From: Haliotis cracherodii
Taxonomy: Eukaryota
Assembly: GCF_022045235.1 (NCBI RefSeq)
Contig: NW_027266274.1
Span: 10,974,001-11,038,000, forward strand
DNA length: 64,000 nucleotides
Direction: 5' to 3'
Each line of letters starts with the position of its first letter. The stretch's first letter is position 1. Position numbers and translations under genes: made by a program. This document shows, piece by piece, positions 49,126-60,429 of this stretch. A model generated the notes under the pieces. The model saw only the letters and a program-made list of their open reading frames with translations. It had not been told where the DNA came from and did no database searches.

Positions 49126-50194
49126 CTTTATGAACAAATATAGCTCAAAATACACAGGAACATGCTTGGATTAGTATAATTTCATGACTTAATCTCGAAA
49201 CTGAATATTAAAGCAATTCATAAACATCGAAGGAAAGCCCTCCATAACCCTCCCAATTTAGCCAGGGCTACAAATAGCGTCTGAAAAACTTAAAAGGAGT
49301 TGGCTCACCTCCCCTTACCGAAATGGTGAAAGGTGTCCCTTAAAATGCATTCGTGCCAGCGTTTCATGCACAATCAGTAGTTTAGATGTTGTTATATATG
49401 TAACACATGTGTGTCACTACATATGTTCGGCTCTCATTGACCAAAGGTCAATTGGCCTTAATTCATTGCACGCATGGCTGTTGTCGTGACGTGTTCATTT
49501 ATTCAACCACAACACCCGTCTGATTTTTTTACCACTGTGTAAATGTGTTGTGATGGTACAATCATATTACGTTTTTGACATGTATTCACTTTGTCTGCTG
49601 GTTTGATTTTAGGCCATTTTACTTTTACTGAGATAAGTACTTTTAAAGCCTATATCATATAACCGACCGATTGAATACTAGTATAGGAGGTTAGGGTGCA
49701 ATCTTTTGCGTTCGGCAAACCTATTAACTGATGCGCCAAATTCACACTTAATACAGAAAAATATCGGAAAATCATTCGCTGTTTTGCGTAAATAGTTAGC
49801 CACACATGAATGAAATGTTTATCAAAACGAAATTACTTTTAAACGTTAGTGTTGTACTATTTGAGCAAATGGATTGAAATTTTGGCGTTTACTTCCCTCA
49901 ATTTCGTACGTGCAGGACTCCTGATACAGTTCGAGGGAACACCGTATATTTGGAGACATCCTTAACATACTATGAAGGTAACGTTATTTTAAAGAACGCA
50001 ATATTGCATTATACTTGTCATTCATTCTACCATGTATATACTTATGTTTGTTGTTTATAAGTAATGTCTGAGTCCTAGAGTTCACCAAGATGTAATAAAA
50101 ATTCACAGTATGTAATAGATATGGTCATAAATTGGGCTATATAGAATAGCTAAATACAATTAGATTGTATTATAATGATAGTTATATTTTCTCC

Positions 50195-50336
50195 NNNNNN
50201 NNNNNNNNNNNNNNNNNNNNNNNNNNNNNNNNNNNNNNNNNNNNNNNNNNNNNNNNNNNNNNNNNNNNNNNNNNNNNNNNNNNNNNNNNNNNNNNNNNNN
50301 NNNNNNNNNNNNNNNNNNNNNNNNNNNNNNNNNNNN
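50195..50336. other. Assembly gap
   Basis: N run. Confidence 1.
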
Positions 50337-50560
50337 TCTTCAGCAACCCATGCTTGTCGTAAGAGGCGACTAACGGGATCTGGTGGTCAGGCTCGCTGAC
50401 TTTGCTGATGCATGTCATCGATCCTTATTACGTGGATCGATGCTCCTGATATTAATCACTGGATTGTCTGGTCCAGACCCGATTATTTACAGACCGCCTC
50501 CACACAGCTGGAATATTGCTGAGTGCGGCGTAAAACAGTAAAACAACAAACCAAACCAAA
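50337..50560 (+). mobile_element. SINE family A (5' end in the gap)
   Basis: TCTTCAGCAACCCATGCTTGTCGTAAGAGGCGACTAACGGGATC. Confidence 0.85.
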
Positions 50561-51381
50561 ACTCTCTCTCTCAGAACGTGTTTTACAAAAGTTTATGTTG
50601 AAAGCAAACTTTACCATATTGGATAACTTCTATGATTTTTCAGTGTTTAGCCATATGATAATAGTCAGTGACATTCTGTGTGTACATTTGTTTTATTATT
50701 TGTTTTATTATTAAAATTATTTGCACATTACATAGTTTTGTTACATGTTGCATGATCAGTTCATCGTTTAATACATCAGGATGATACTGTGGCATAGAAT
50801 AAATGTACAGGGACTATTATAGCAGGAGAATACTTAATACTGTGTTTTATCAATACAGTAATACACTGACTCGTCGCTACACGTCATATTGTCAAGCTCC
50901 CAAGTAACCTATGTTTGTTGCAATGGGTGAAAACATGGATAGGGTGCTCAGGATGGGTCAGTTGACAGATGGCGTGTCATCGTACCCGACGTCTACACTT
51001 TTGGTCATTATATAATTAGATCAAGTGAGAAGTGAGTGAGTTGGGTTAAACGCCACTTTTAACAGTTTTCAGATCTATCACGGCGTGTCAGCTGGGAGGA
51101 AAGTCTAATTAGATCAACAACATACTTGGTTATTTACAGGCCACAGTCGATAAGACAGTCGAGGAACTTAGTCCCCCACAGACACTTCGACCAAGTTGAA
51201 GTAAATATAAATTGTCAATGCAAGAGAATAACCAGTCTAGATTATCAGCTGAAACAAATGAAAATTTGGCCATAGGGCAAACTAGCTGTGAAAACCATAT
51301 GAATGGACCACTAAAAACCAGTGACGGCAACAGATATGCCGTTGGGTCTATGCCGAGTCCTATAGGTAGATTTTGCTTAAT

Positions 51382-51660
51382 TGGTTGGTTGGTTGGTTGG
51401 TTGGTTTGTTGTTTAACGCCGCACTCAGCAGTATTCCAGCTATATTACGGCGATCTGTAAATTATCGGGTATGGACGAGATAATCCAATGATTAATATCA
51501 GGAGCATCGATCCACGCAATTAGGATCGATGACATGCATCAACAAGGTCAGCGAGCCTGACCACCCGATCCCGTTAGTCGCCTCTTACGACAAGCATAGT
51601 CGCCTTTTACAGCAAGCATGGGTTGCTGAAGACCTATTCTACCCCGGATCTTCACGGGTC
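51382..51660 (-). mobile_element. SINE family A, full length, best-preserved head
   Basis: Reverse complement begins GACCCGTGAAGATCCGGGGTAGAATAGGTCTTCAGCAACCCATGCTTG...; (AACC)n tail; no A/B boxes. Confidence 0.9.
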
Positions 51661-52162
51661 TGAATTTGCATAAAAAAGTATGTATTTATTTCCCATCGAC
51701 GCACAGCAGTAATACTACCGACGGTGGCCTGTGAACAAAGAAACATCTTTTGATTTTTCTAGTGCAAGGGAGATAACTCGGTATAACCATTCGACTGATC
51801 TTAGTCGTGACCTAAATCTATGTTGTGGACCGACTTCGCATTCCAGAAATACATGGAAAGCAAATTGTCCTCAGGTTTCTTTGGAAGGGTTGGCGTGTTG
51901 TGACGTCCATGTTGCCGCTTTTGATCTTCGGTGTCCTTGACCTTCATGTAGCTTACCTTAAAATCAGTCAGAATATATGATGGAGACAGATTCCACCCAC
52001 GTATAATTTTGAAGTATTTTACTATTACTTCAGTTACAGTTAACGTGACACTTTTCGCCGAGAGAGGCTCCTCTCATAATGTTCCAGTAAACACAACAGG
52101 GAGAATATACCACGAGGGCGCAGCCCCTCAATGTTCATTCTCCATGCAGTGTTTTATTGTAC

Positions 52163-52580
52163 GAGTGAGTGAGTGAGTTAAAGTTTAACGTCACATCGGC
52201 AATATTTCAGCCATATCGTGACGAAACAAAATTTGACATTAACAATATATTTTAAACTGTATAAAATTCTGCCGACGAAGGGCAGTATAATAACTAGAAT
52301 ATCACAGATTTACATAAAACTAGTCAGAGAGCATGTAAACTTATATTAACATTTCACAACACAACATAGATCGCCAACAACTGAAGGTATATCACCACGC
52401 TAGGGTCCATGGGGACGCACATTACCATGCTACCTGCATGGACCCCAGCAGGGTTTACACCATCCCTTCAGTGGTTGGCGATTATTGTCAATTAAGCCGA
52501 ATTAATAGAACATATATTCTGCGATTAAAAACGTGGTAGTAATAAACATACTGTGAATGACGTGGACTTACGTACCATTT
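52163..52580 (-). mobile_element. I-superfamily LINE 3' UTR fragment
   Basis: Aligns with 46853-47320. Confidence 0.8.
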
Positions 52581-53220
52581 ATTGCACGATAAACAACAAG
52601 CACGAGTCGTTTATTTCTTAAATAACGTAGTCCGGGCAACGTTAAGTGTTAACACAGTCAGGTAACTAGCTTTGTTAAGCCCATGTTTTAAACAGCAGCA
52701 AATACTATTATTATGATAAAATATGTTTGACAAATTTGTTGTTAACTCATTCACTATCAACAGGTAACTATGACAAAGCTTGAACATTGAACGTTGAACA
52801 GAATTCACAGACTGACAGTAACCGAATGAAGCTGGTGGGGGGCTAACTTGAAATTAAGAGATTTTAGGGCCGCCTCAGATAGATGATATGGGCCGAAATT
52901 TGAGTAAAAGTGTTTTACACTGTTCGCTCCTCTGTTAAACATTGTCGGGAGCATACGTGTACAACACTGCTTTCTAATCTCGGGTTCACCAGACGCACAC
53001 TAAAGCTAGTGTTGGTTGATTTATGTCGATTCACGCCAGAGAACTAGACTCGATTATCTGAATCGGGAGAAATAGGCAAAGTAACGACAAAAACCACATT
53101 GCTGGATCACTGAAAACCAGCGATGACACCAGGTGGCGATAGGGTAACAATGTCTCCTCGACCGGAAGCACCTGCCACAATTTGTATAAATTGCAAACGT
53201 TTTTGCCAAAACGCCGCGCT

Positions 53221-53350
53221 CCCAGGAAGCACACAACGTTATCACACTTTATATTGTGCGTAAGTTGTGGGAACGTTAAGTTGTAAAATAACGTTCACTG
53301 ACGTTGTTACAACGTTACACTGCAACCATCAGGAAACATGCGTTTTCTGG
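53221..53350. mobile_element. Possible small MITE with CCCAG-type ends
   Basis: CCCAGGAAGCACA...TGCGTTTTCTGG imperfect ends with internal ACAACGTT repeats. Confidence 0.35.
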
Positions 53351-53664
53351 CCATTGCTTTCATGATAACAAACAGTAAAATATCAATTTGTATTTCGTGT
53401 GATTCTTCATTTAATGAGACATAAATGACAACAAAATAAACGTTCATCTACAAGTCTGACAAGGTACCCATTCTCATACGCAGTGATGACGTAGTCTGAC
53501 TGATGACGTAGTCAAAGTGATTACGTAGTATATTACACCAGGTTACCTGCAAGAAACTCTGGTCAGGAAAGAGTCTAGCTTTTTAGATCCTTTTTACATT
53601 AGTTTAGATACTGCTAAATAAAGGGACATAAGATGAAATGATAAGTTCCATGGTTTTAGAGGTT

Positions 53665-53665
<1 letters not shown>

Positions 53666-53703
<38 letters not shown>
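53666..53703. repeat. Poly(G) run, 38 nt
   Basis: Directly visible. Confidence 0.9.
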
Positions 53704-53704
<1 letters not shown>

Positions 53705-53777
53705 TTTATGAATTTGGGTATTCAAATGTCCTCTGGGCCCCCTTCTCAGGCATAAATAATTGGCCACCGAGCTTACG

Positions 53778-54066
53778 TTTTGTTTGTTTGTTTCTTTGTT
53801 TCTTTCTTTCTTTCTTTGTTTCTTTGTTGTTGAACGCCGCACTCAGCTTTATGACGGCGGTCTGTAAGTAATCCAGTCTGGACAAGACAGTCCAATGATT
53901 GATATCATGAGCATCGATACACGCAATTGGGATCGATGACTTGCATCAGAAAGTCAGCAAGCCTGACCACGCGATCCTGTTAGTCGCCCTTTACGACAAG
54001 CGTAACCGCCTTTTACGGCAAGCATGGGTTGGTGAAGATTTATTCTACCCCGGGTCTTCACGGATG
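53778..54066 (-). mobile_element. SINE family A, full length
   Basis: Ends ...GGTGAAGATTTATTCTACCCCGGGTCTTCACGG. Confidence 0.85.
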
Positions 54067-54727
54067 TGCCAACGTTTCTTTGTAACAAAATTCAAAACCG
54101 TTGCGGGGGAACAGCAGTACACCTCCTTGCGACGGCGGTCTGTAAATGAATCAGACGATCAACGGATCGATGGACCAGTAAATCCAGTGACACGACAAAG
54201 CATTTACTGAATTCGTTGAAACCAAAAACAACTGACTCGGATAATGATAAAAGAAACGTTTATCAGAGCATTGAATTATTCCCATTGATTTCGTGTACGT
54301 GCTTGGAAACGACCGTTTCACCTGAGAGATTATGTCAATAATTTACCATCCACACAAGATTCATTTCTCGTATAAGATTCTCACCTCACTAATCATATAA
54401 CTAATTATATTGCGCTTCATTTCAACGTCACACAAGGGCAAACTCAAACAATATATAATAATTTTCCAGTCAATGGATCAGTGTGCACTCGATTTTCATT
54501 CTCTGCTCCCTGGGGAGTGTACCTAACCTGCCTGTAAGACAGTAAAAGGTTACATCACTTGGACATGGACACCTCGAAAGCTTAGCATGGCTATCAAAGC
54601 TTCCATCTCTTGTTTTGAAATCTCACACTCGCTCTCGTGATTTATCTTTTCGACCCCTTTTTTGATTAAAGTTTTACAACTACAGCTTTATGGGGCAGTG
54701 GGTGTGGATAGGTCTAAATTCAGAACA

Positions 54728-54787
54728 GATCCATGAAGATTCGGGTTAGAATAGGTCGCGGCGTGCGGCGTTAAACCACAAACAAAC
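54728..54787 (+). mobile_element. 60-bp head+tail-only derivative of SINE family A with TSD
   Basis: 12-bp TSD AAATTCAGAACA at 54716-54727 and 54788-54799. Confidence 0.8.
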
Positions 54788-54859
54788 AAATTCAGAACAT
54801 GAATTATGTTTTCACTTACGTTTGTAAATGATTACGTCTCATACCTTACAAGTACTTCC

Positions 54860-55125
54860 GGGGGGCACGGGTGGCCCAGTCGTCTAAGGCGCCGCGATTC
54901 GCTGTGCAGAGTTGCGTCCCTTGGACACGCCAGAAACCTATGATTGTGGGTTCGAATCCCGGTTCGCCCCGATTATGTTTCTAGGTTTGTCAGCACCAAA
55001 CCCGTGCCCGTGGGTTTCACCCGAAGTGGTAAACGTCTGAGACCTGCATCACTTCGGGCTTTCCTCCCACATTAAGCTGACACGCCGCGATATAACTGGA
55101 ATACTGTTAAAAGCGGCGTTAAAAC
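54860..55125 (+). mobile_element. SINE family B, full length
   Basis: tRNA-Leu-like 5' part GGTGGCCCAGTCGTCTAAGGCGCC, B box GGTTCGAATCC, V-domain-like GTGGGTTTC...TTTCCTCCCACA, LINE-like tail. Confidence 0.9.
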
Positions 55126-55699
55126 CTGGAAGGGGACTATGTGGAGTAATAAATGAAAAACATCAACTTGGTACGGGTCTTTCACAGTTAGGCTTAGAAC
55201 TTTTCAGCCAGCCCTCGTATATCGACATTTTAGTTCTTTCTACCACCTCAACAGCAAACGTCTCAAACCATGCGATGTTGATAAACCAGTTGTATTTTGA
55301 TATGACACTACTGAGTTAATTCAGTTGAGAAGATGTTCAGTAAATACCGTAAAAGGCGACTATACTTGTCGTAAGAGGCGACTAACGGGATCGGGTGGAA
55401 TAATCCCGCGCAAGCATCATGCCGCCTTTTGTTACAGTCCATCATTCGAGCACAGTCCCTCTTCAAGTACACACGCGTGTCACTGTATCTAATCGCTTTC
55501 GCTTTGTACGTTTCCTTTGTACCCAGTCGCGACCGTTTCGCCGATTACGCTTTGAATACCATCTATTTCAACACTCGCAGTATCGCATTTACACAATCGC
55601 GACCGTTTCGCCGATTACGCTTTGAATAACATCTATTTCAGCACTCGCCGTATCGCATTTATTCCGTTCTACTCCCGAACTTCATCCTCGGGACATTTT

Positions 55700-56846
55700 T
55701 ACACTTGTGGAATACCAACTCACCACCTCGACCTTTCGTGATTCTCCCAGAGAAGAGCAGCCGTCAACCACAAGCTTGTGAGGGGAGCCAAGCAGGCCAG
55801 GACAACCAGAAGACAAACCCCGGGAGTACACATTATGCAGGAGGCAACAGCTGATGGTGAGTCTGCCAATTACGGAAATATCGAAGGTGGCAACACAATT
55901 AACGTGCAATCGGCGCAGCTTGTAAATGCCGCGCAGGCTGCCAACTCGGCTACCCAGGTAAACGATACTCCAAAAATACTCCACTTGCTGGAACATTCAG
56001 CGCCCGGCCCGGTTAGCGCAAACCAACAGGTAAGGCTTGGTTTTAGTTCTCCCGCCATTTCGCCCAACATAGTTGGTGACGCGGTTTGGCCAGCCAATCA
56101 GAACGCAGGATACGGGGATTCCCTATCCTTCCGTGCGGATGGAATAGACGCACACGTCAAACAACAGGCTTGGGAAAAAATCTGGCGTGGCGAGTTTGTC
56201 GACCTGGGCACAATCCTACCAAACACCGAGGGAAGTCACGAGGACGGTACGATTACAATGGCGTACGACTCCTCAGGTAAGATAATTTTTAAACCAATAA
56301 AGCAGCAACCAAAGCGCCTGTTACCTGGCAAGCTGGACTTCAGCTTTCCACATTTTCATGTATATCTATGTTAGTAGGCACTCCGAGGTCCGCAAAACCC
56401 AGGGGTTGCCGTCCTACATGGAAACCATAAGAACGGCGGCACTTCGTTTCGGGGGGGCCTGGTCAACGTCCAACAATTCCGACACAGAATGTCAAGGGCC
56501 CCTCACGTCGCTGGGACAACATTGACGGAGAGTTGTGGCTGAAGTACATGGTCACACAACCGGTACGACAACCAGAATCAGGCGGACGGGGCGCAATGAC
56601 ACGCTACAGGGGGACATCGCCAGTCAGGTATGCTGGGATTTCAATACATTTGGGTGGAGCAGGGTCAACTGTAAGTACACTCACAAATGCGGTAAGTGTG
56701 GCAAACATTCTCACAGCTCTAGGACCTGCTTCCGAGGGAATCGGGCCCAACCGACCCCATACCAGCCCAATCAGCCTTTCCCTAACAGAAAACCAGCCGT
56801 CAAGGCAGGTAAATTCAATGGCCCCTTCCCCCGTGGATCTCAATGA
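55700..56846 (+). pseudogene. gag-like ORF of the YR retrotransposon (frameshifted)
   Basis: KIWRGEFVDL; WDNIDGELWLKYM; Cys/His cluster CWDFN...CKYTHKCGKCGKHSHSSRTC. Confidence 0.7.
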
Positions 56847-58161
56847 AATGGCACCCTGGTTACGCCAATATGCTAGGGTCAATTACAGAGATGCAAATTA
56901 TTTATGGGTCGGTTTAAGCTTTGGCTTTAAGCTCGAGTTCTAGGGAAGCCGCACGGTTCGCCTGGCACGAAACTTGCGATCAACCACGCACCTGTCTAAG
57001 ACACGGCAGGCTACGTGAAACAAAAACTACAAAAGGAAGTCGACCTTGGCCCCTTCAAGGACACCCCCCTGGACAACCTCTAAGTATCGAAGAAGCAGCC
57101 AGGCTATGGTCAGCATCTGGGTAAGCATGCGGAGGAATTCCGTCTAATTCACCATCTATCCTATCCCAGGGGTAAACCTATAAATGACTTCATAGACACA
57201 GAGGCCTGATCCGTTGTGTATGCCAGATTTGATGAAGCTATGCATATGGTTCAACAACTGAGAAAGGGAGCACTACTAGCAAAATTCGACATTCAGTCGC
57301 CCTTTAGAATTATACCAGTCCACCCATCTGATTTCGAGTTGCTAGAGTTCTATTTCGATGAATGCTTACCATTTGGCTGCTCCATATATCTTGCGCCATA
57401 TTTGAAACGTTTAGTACCTTCTTGCAATCACATCTTCCAACGTGTCAGATCATGCATTACCTGGATGACTTCCTAACGGAGGGGGAGGGGGGGCACAGCA
57501 GGGACCAGCCACTGCCCAGACAACCTCAACGGATGCGTGAATACACTAGAACAGCTTGGGGTCCCTATTGCGCATGACAAGACGTTGCAAAGGTAAGCAA
57601 CCATTTCACCACATTAGGATTACCAGCTGGGTCAAGGAAGACCTACAAATGTGGTTAACATTTCTTATGAGTTATAACGGCATTTCAGTGTTTCAGGACC
57701 AACTATGGGTAGACAGCGATTTCCTCCAGCTGTTTTCAGACGCAGCGGGTGGTGCAGGCATGCAGGGCAAATGGTTTAACGGCGCATGGCCAACCCAGTG
57801 GGTGATGGATGGAACTACACGGGACTTGACGCTCCTGGAGCTGTTCCCCATCACACTGGCCATCCAACTTTGGGGCAAGCAACTCGCAAACAAAAAGGTC
57901 CTCTTTTACTGCGACAACCAAGCCGTCATAGCAATAATCAACAAACAGTCGACCAAGGCCCCCAAAGTGATGAGCCTACTCCATCGCCTAATCCTGCAGT
58001 GCCTCCAATATAATATTATGTTTAAGGCAAAGTATGTATGTTCCACTGCTAACACTATTGCCGATGCTCTCTCGAGGTTTCAGCTCAAATGCTTCCGAGA
58101 GGCAGCACCAGCCCCGGACCAGAACCCAACACCTATCCCGTGCAACATATGGCTGATCTGA
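56818..58161 (+). pseudogene. Reverse transcriptase-RNase H of the YR retrotransposon
   Basis: FRLIHHLSYP; LAKFDIQSPFRIIPVHP; LPFGC; HYLDDFL; FSDAAG; ELFPI; FYCDNQAV; NTIADALSR. Confidence 0.9.
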
Positions 58162-59055
58162 GGCAGGAAGCCGGCAGACTCCTACAACAGTCTCTGTCTA
58201 CAAATACATGGGCCACTTACCAAACAGGCATCAATGCCTTGCACCAGTTCCGGTCCTCACACCAGCTACAAGAGGTGTGGCCAGTCCCGCTGGATCAGGT
58301 CGTAAACTTATTGCTTATCTGTCAGTCACTCACCACTCCCCTAACACAGTCAAGACTTACATTGCAGCGCTGTTTTCACAGCACTAATTCCACGGGCTCA
58401 CCGACTGTACAGACCATTTCCTGGTGGGCAAGATTTTAACAGGCTTAGACAAATCAGCGGGCCGACCAGACACCAGAAAACCGATCACTGCAGATATGCT
58501 GCAGGTCGTAACCAACAATCTGCCTCACGTATGCTTATCAGCATATGAAGCCAGACTGTTCAAGGCAGTCTACTACACAGCCTTCTTCGGTTTCTTTAGG
58601 GTTAGCAAACTGGTCCAAACTGGACCCTCCAAAACAGGTTGCGCCATCCAGAATTTAAGCTTCTCGGGTAACCCCAAGTAGCTTTCAATCCATCTACCAC
58701 ACTCAAAGTCTGATCAGTACAGGATGGGGACAAGAGTTACAATGTCATCTATACCATGTTATCCGCTATATTCGGTAGTCGCCATCAAGCACTACCTGGA
58801 GGCACGCCCCTCCGGCCCACAACATGCATTCATTTATTTCGACCATTCCCCCATTACAAGGTACCAATTCCAGGCACTCCTAAAAAAGGCCTTAGCACAC
58901 AGCAACATAAACACGGCTTGCTATTCTTCGCATTGCTCCTTCCGCATTTGGGCAGCCACATCAGCAGCCATGAACAGGGTGCCAGAACACCTCATACAAC
59001 AATACGGCAGGTGGAAATCAGATTGCTACAATGCTTACATGCGCTTACCAAAATT
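58149..59055 (+). pseudogene. Tyrosine recombinase of the YR retrotransposon
   Basis: RKPIT; AFFGFFRVS; SKSDQ; SSH.SFRIWAAT; GRWKSDCYNAYMR. Confidence 0.9.
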
Positions 59056-59119
59056 CGATGTTGCACAATTAATTCAAATAGTCTTTCATGGTACTTACTA
59101 CAATTCTTATTGTTTACAG

Positions 59120-59667
59120 TTTGGATGGTGGGATCCAGCTACATGGCCAGGGCACGGCAGTACCTGCTCCTGAAGGGCACCAGTCCGAACCAACCGAGGA
59201 TGCTATGGCTGGCACGAGGGGGGGATGAGGTGGAAGGAGCTGGACACCATTCTAGATGCACAGGTCAAGGCGACATGGCGCAGCCCCAGAGCCCTCATCA
59301 TTCACCTGGGCTCCCAAACGACCTGTGCTCGGTCAAGGGCAGCCAACTCTACCCTGACATGGTGGCATCAATCCTTCGGATACAACTCCAGCTTCCTTAC
59401 ACCAAGATCATCGAATCCTCAATACTGCCCAGGCGCTACTGGCACGATGCCAGGGATCCACTAAAGATCAAGGGGATGCGGAAGAATATCAACCGCCAAC
59501 TGGCCAACCGAGTCAAAGAGCTTGGCGGTACAATAGTGCCACATCCCCAGATCTTGGCATCAGACAAGACATGGTACGCTTGGGAGGGCGTCCACCTCAG
59601 TGACAAAGGACTGTGTGTGTTTACGGACAATTTATTGCCTGCCCTGGCGCTTGTTTTGCGCCAGTAA
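59120..59667 (+). pseudogene. SGNH/GDSL-like hydrolase ORF of the YR retrotransposon (two frameshifts)
   Basis: WMVGSSY (block I), RGGMRW, IIHLG..NDL (block III), EGVHLS (block V); preceded by TTATTGTTTACAG. Confidence 0.75.
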
Positions 59668-60429
59668 GGATGTTATCTCCACAGGTTAATGTTTCTTTTC
59701 AGTACATAGCATTGTTGCCCCGCTTGCCTATCTCCACGTATCGCGTGGGCGTGGGTGTGGGGTAGCACTCTGGTGCTTTGTGGCGGAGTTCTTGTGGGCT
59801 ACACTGCTAGTAACAAATTAACTTGCTTCCAAATTAATACTCGTGCTTAAGGCTACCTGCTTTTCAGCGGGAACTTTTCGGGGGTTACCTGCTTCTCAGT
59901 GGGAACCTTGTCTTTCCCGACTTTTCAGCCGGGGAATCGTAAAATAACATACGTTGGGGCAAACAATTGCCACGTATATGGGCCCGGCGGCGGAAGTCGT
60001 CTTGTCAAGCGGTAGCTGACAGTTGGGTCCGCGGCGGTAGTCGCACAATGGTTTTGCTAATGGGGCCAGGCAGTGTTATCTGCTTTGGCCGGCTACCTGG
60101 GGCCCGGCAGCGATAGTCTGACTGAGGCCAGCAGCGGGAGCTGCTTTTGGCCGTGTGGTAGTTGCCAAGCAATTGTAGCATTTAAATATGCTACCGTGGG
60201 GGCCGGACAGCGGTAGCAGTCTCAGGCCAGCAGCGCTAGCTGCGAATCGCCGTTGGCCACGCTAGTGGCCATGGCAACGGTAGCATTTTGGTATACACAA
60301 TTAGCAGCTTAGTAGCCCACTAGTACCTGCACACCCTCGGCCATTTAACCAAATCTCATCTTCTGTTTTTATTATAGGAACGGGCATTCACGGTGGCCTG
60401 TGCCTCTCCTTGGCATATCGCGGGATAAC

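Larger units (their letters stand above)
55401..60428 (+). mobile_element. Tyrosine-recombinase retrotransposon (DIRS/Ngaro type) with gag, RT-RNase H, YR and SGNH hydrolase; decayed
   Basis: Ordered ORF fragments listed below; GC-rich island bounded by inverted ATCCCGCG (55403-55410) and CGCGGGAT (60419-60426). Confidence 0.88.

Noticed and set aside
53666-53703. Functional G-quadruplex or poly-Gly/Pro ORF
   Set aside because: Simple homopolymer whose length may be a sequencing artefact; no supporting context.
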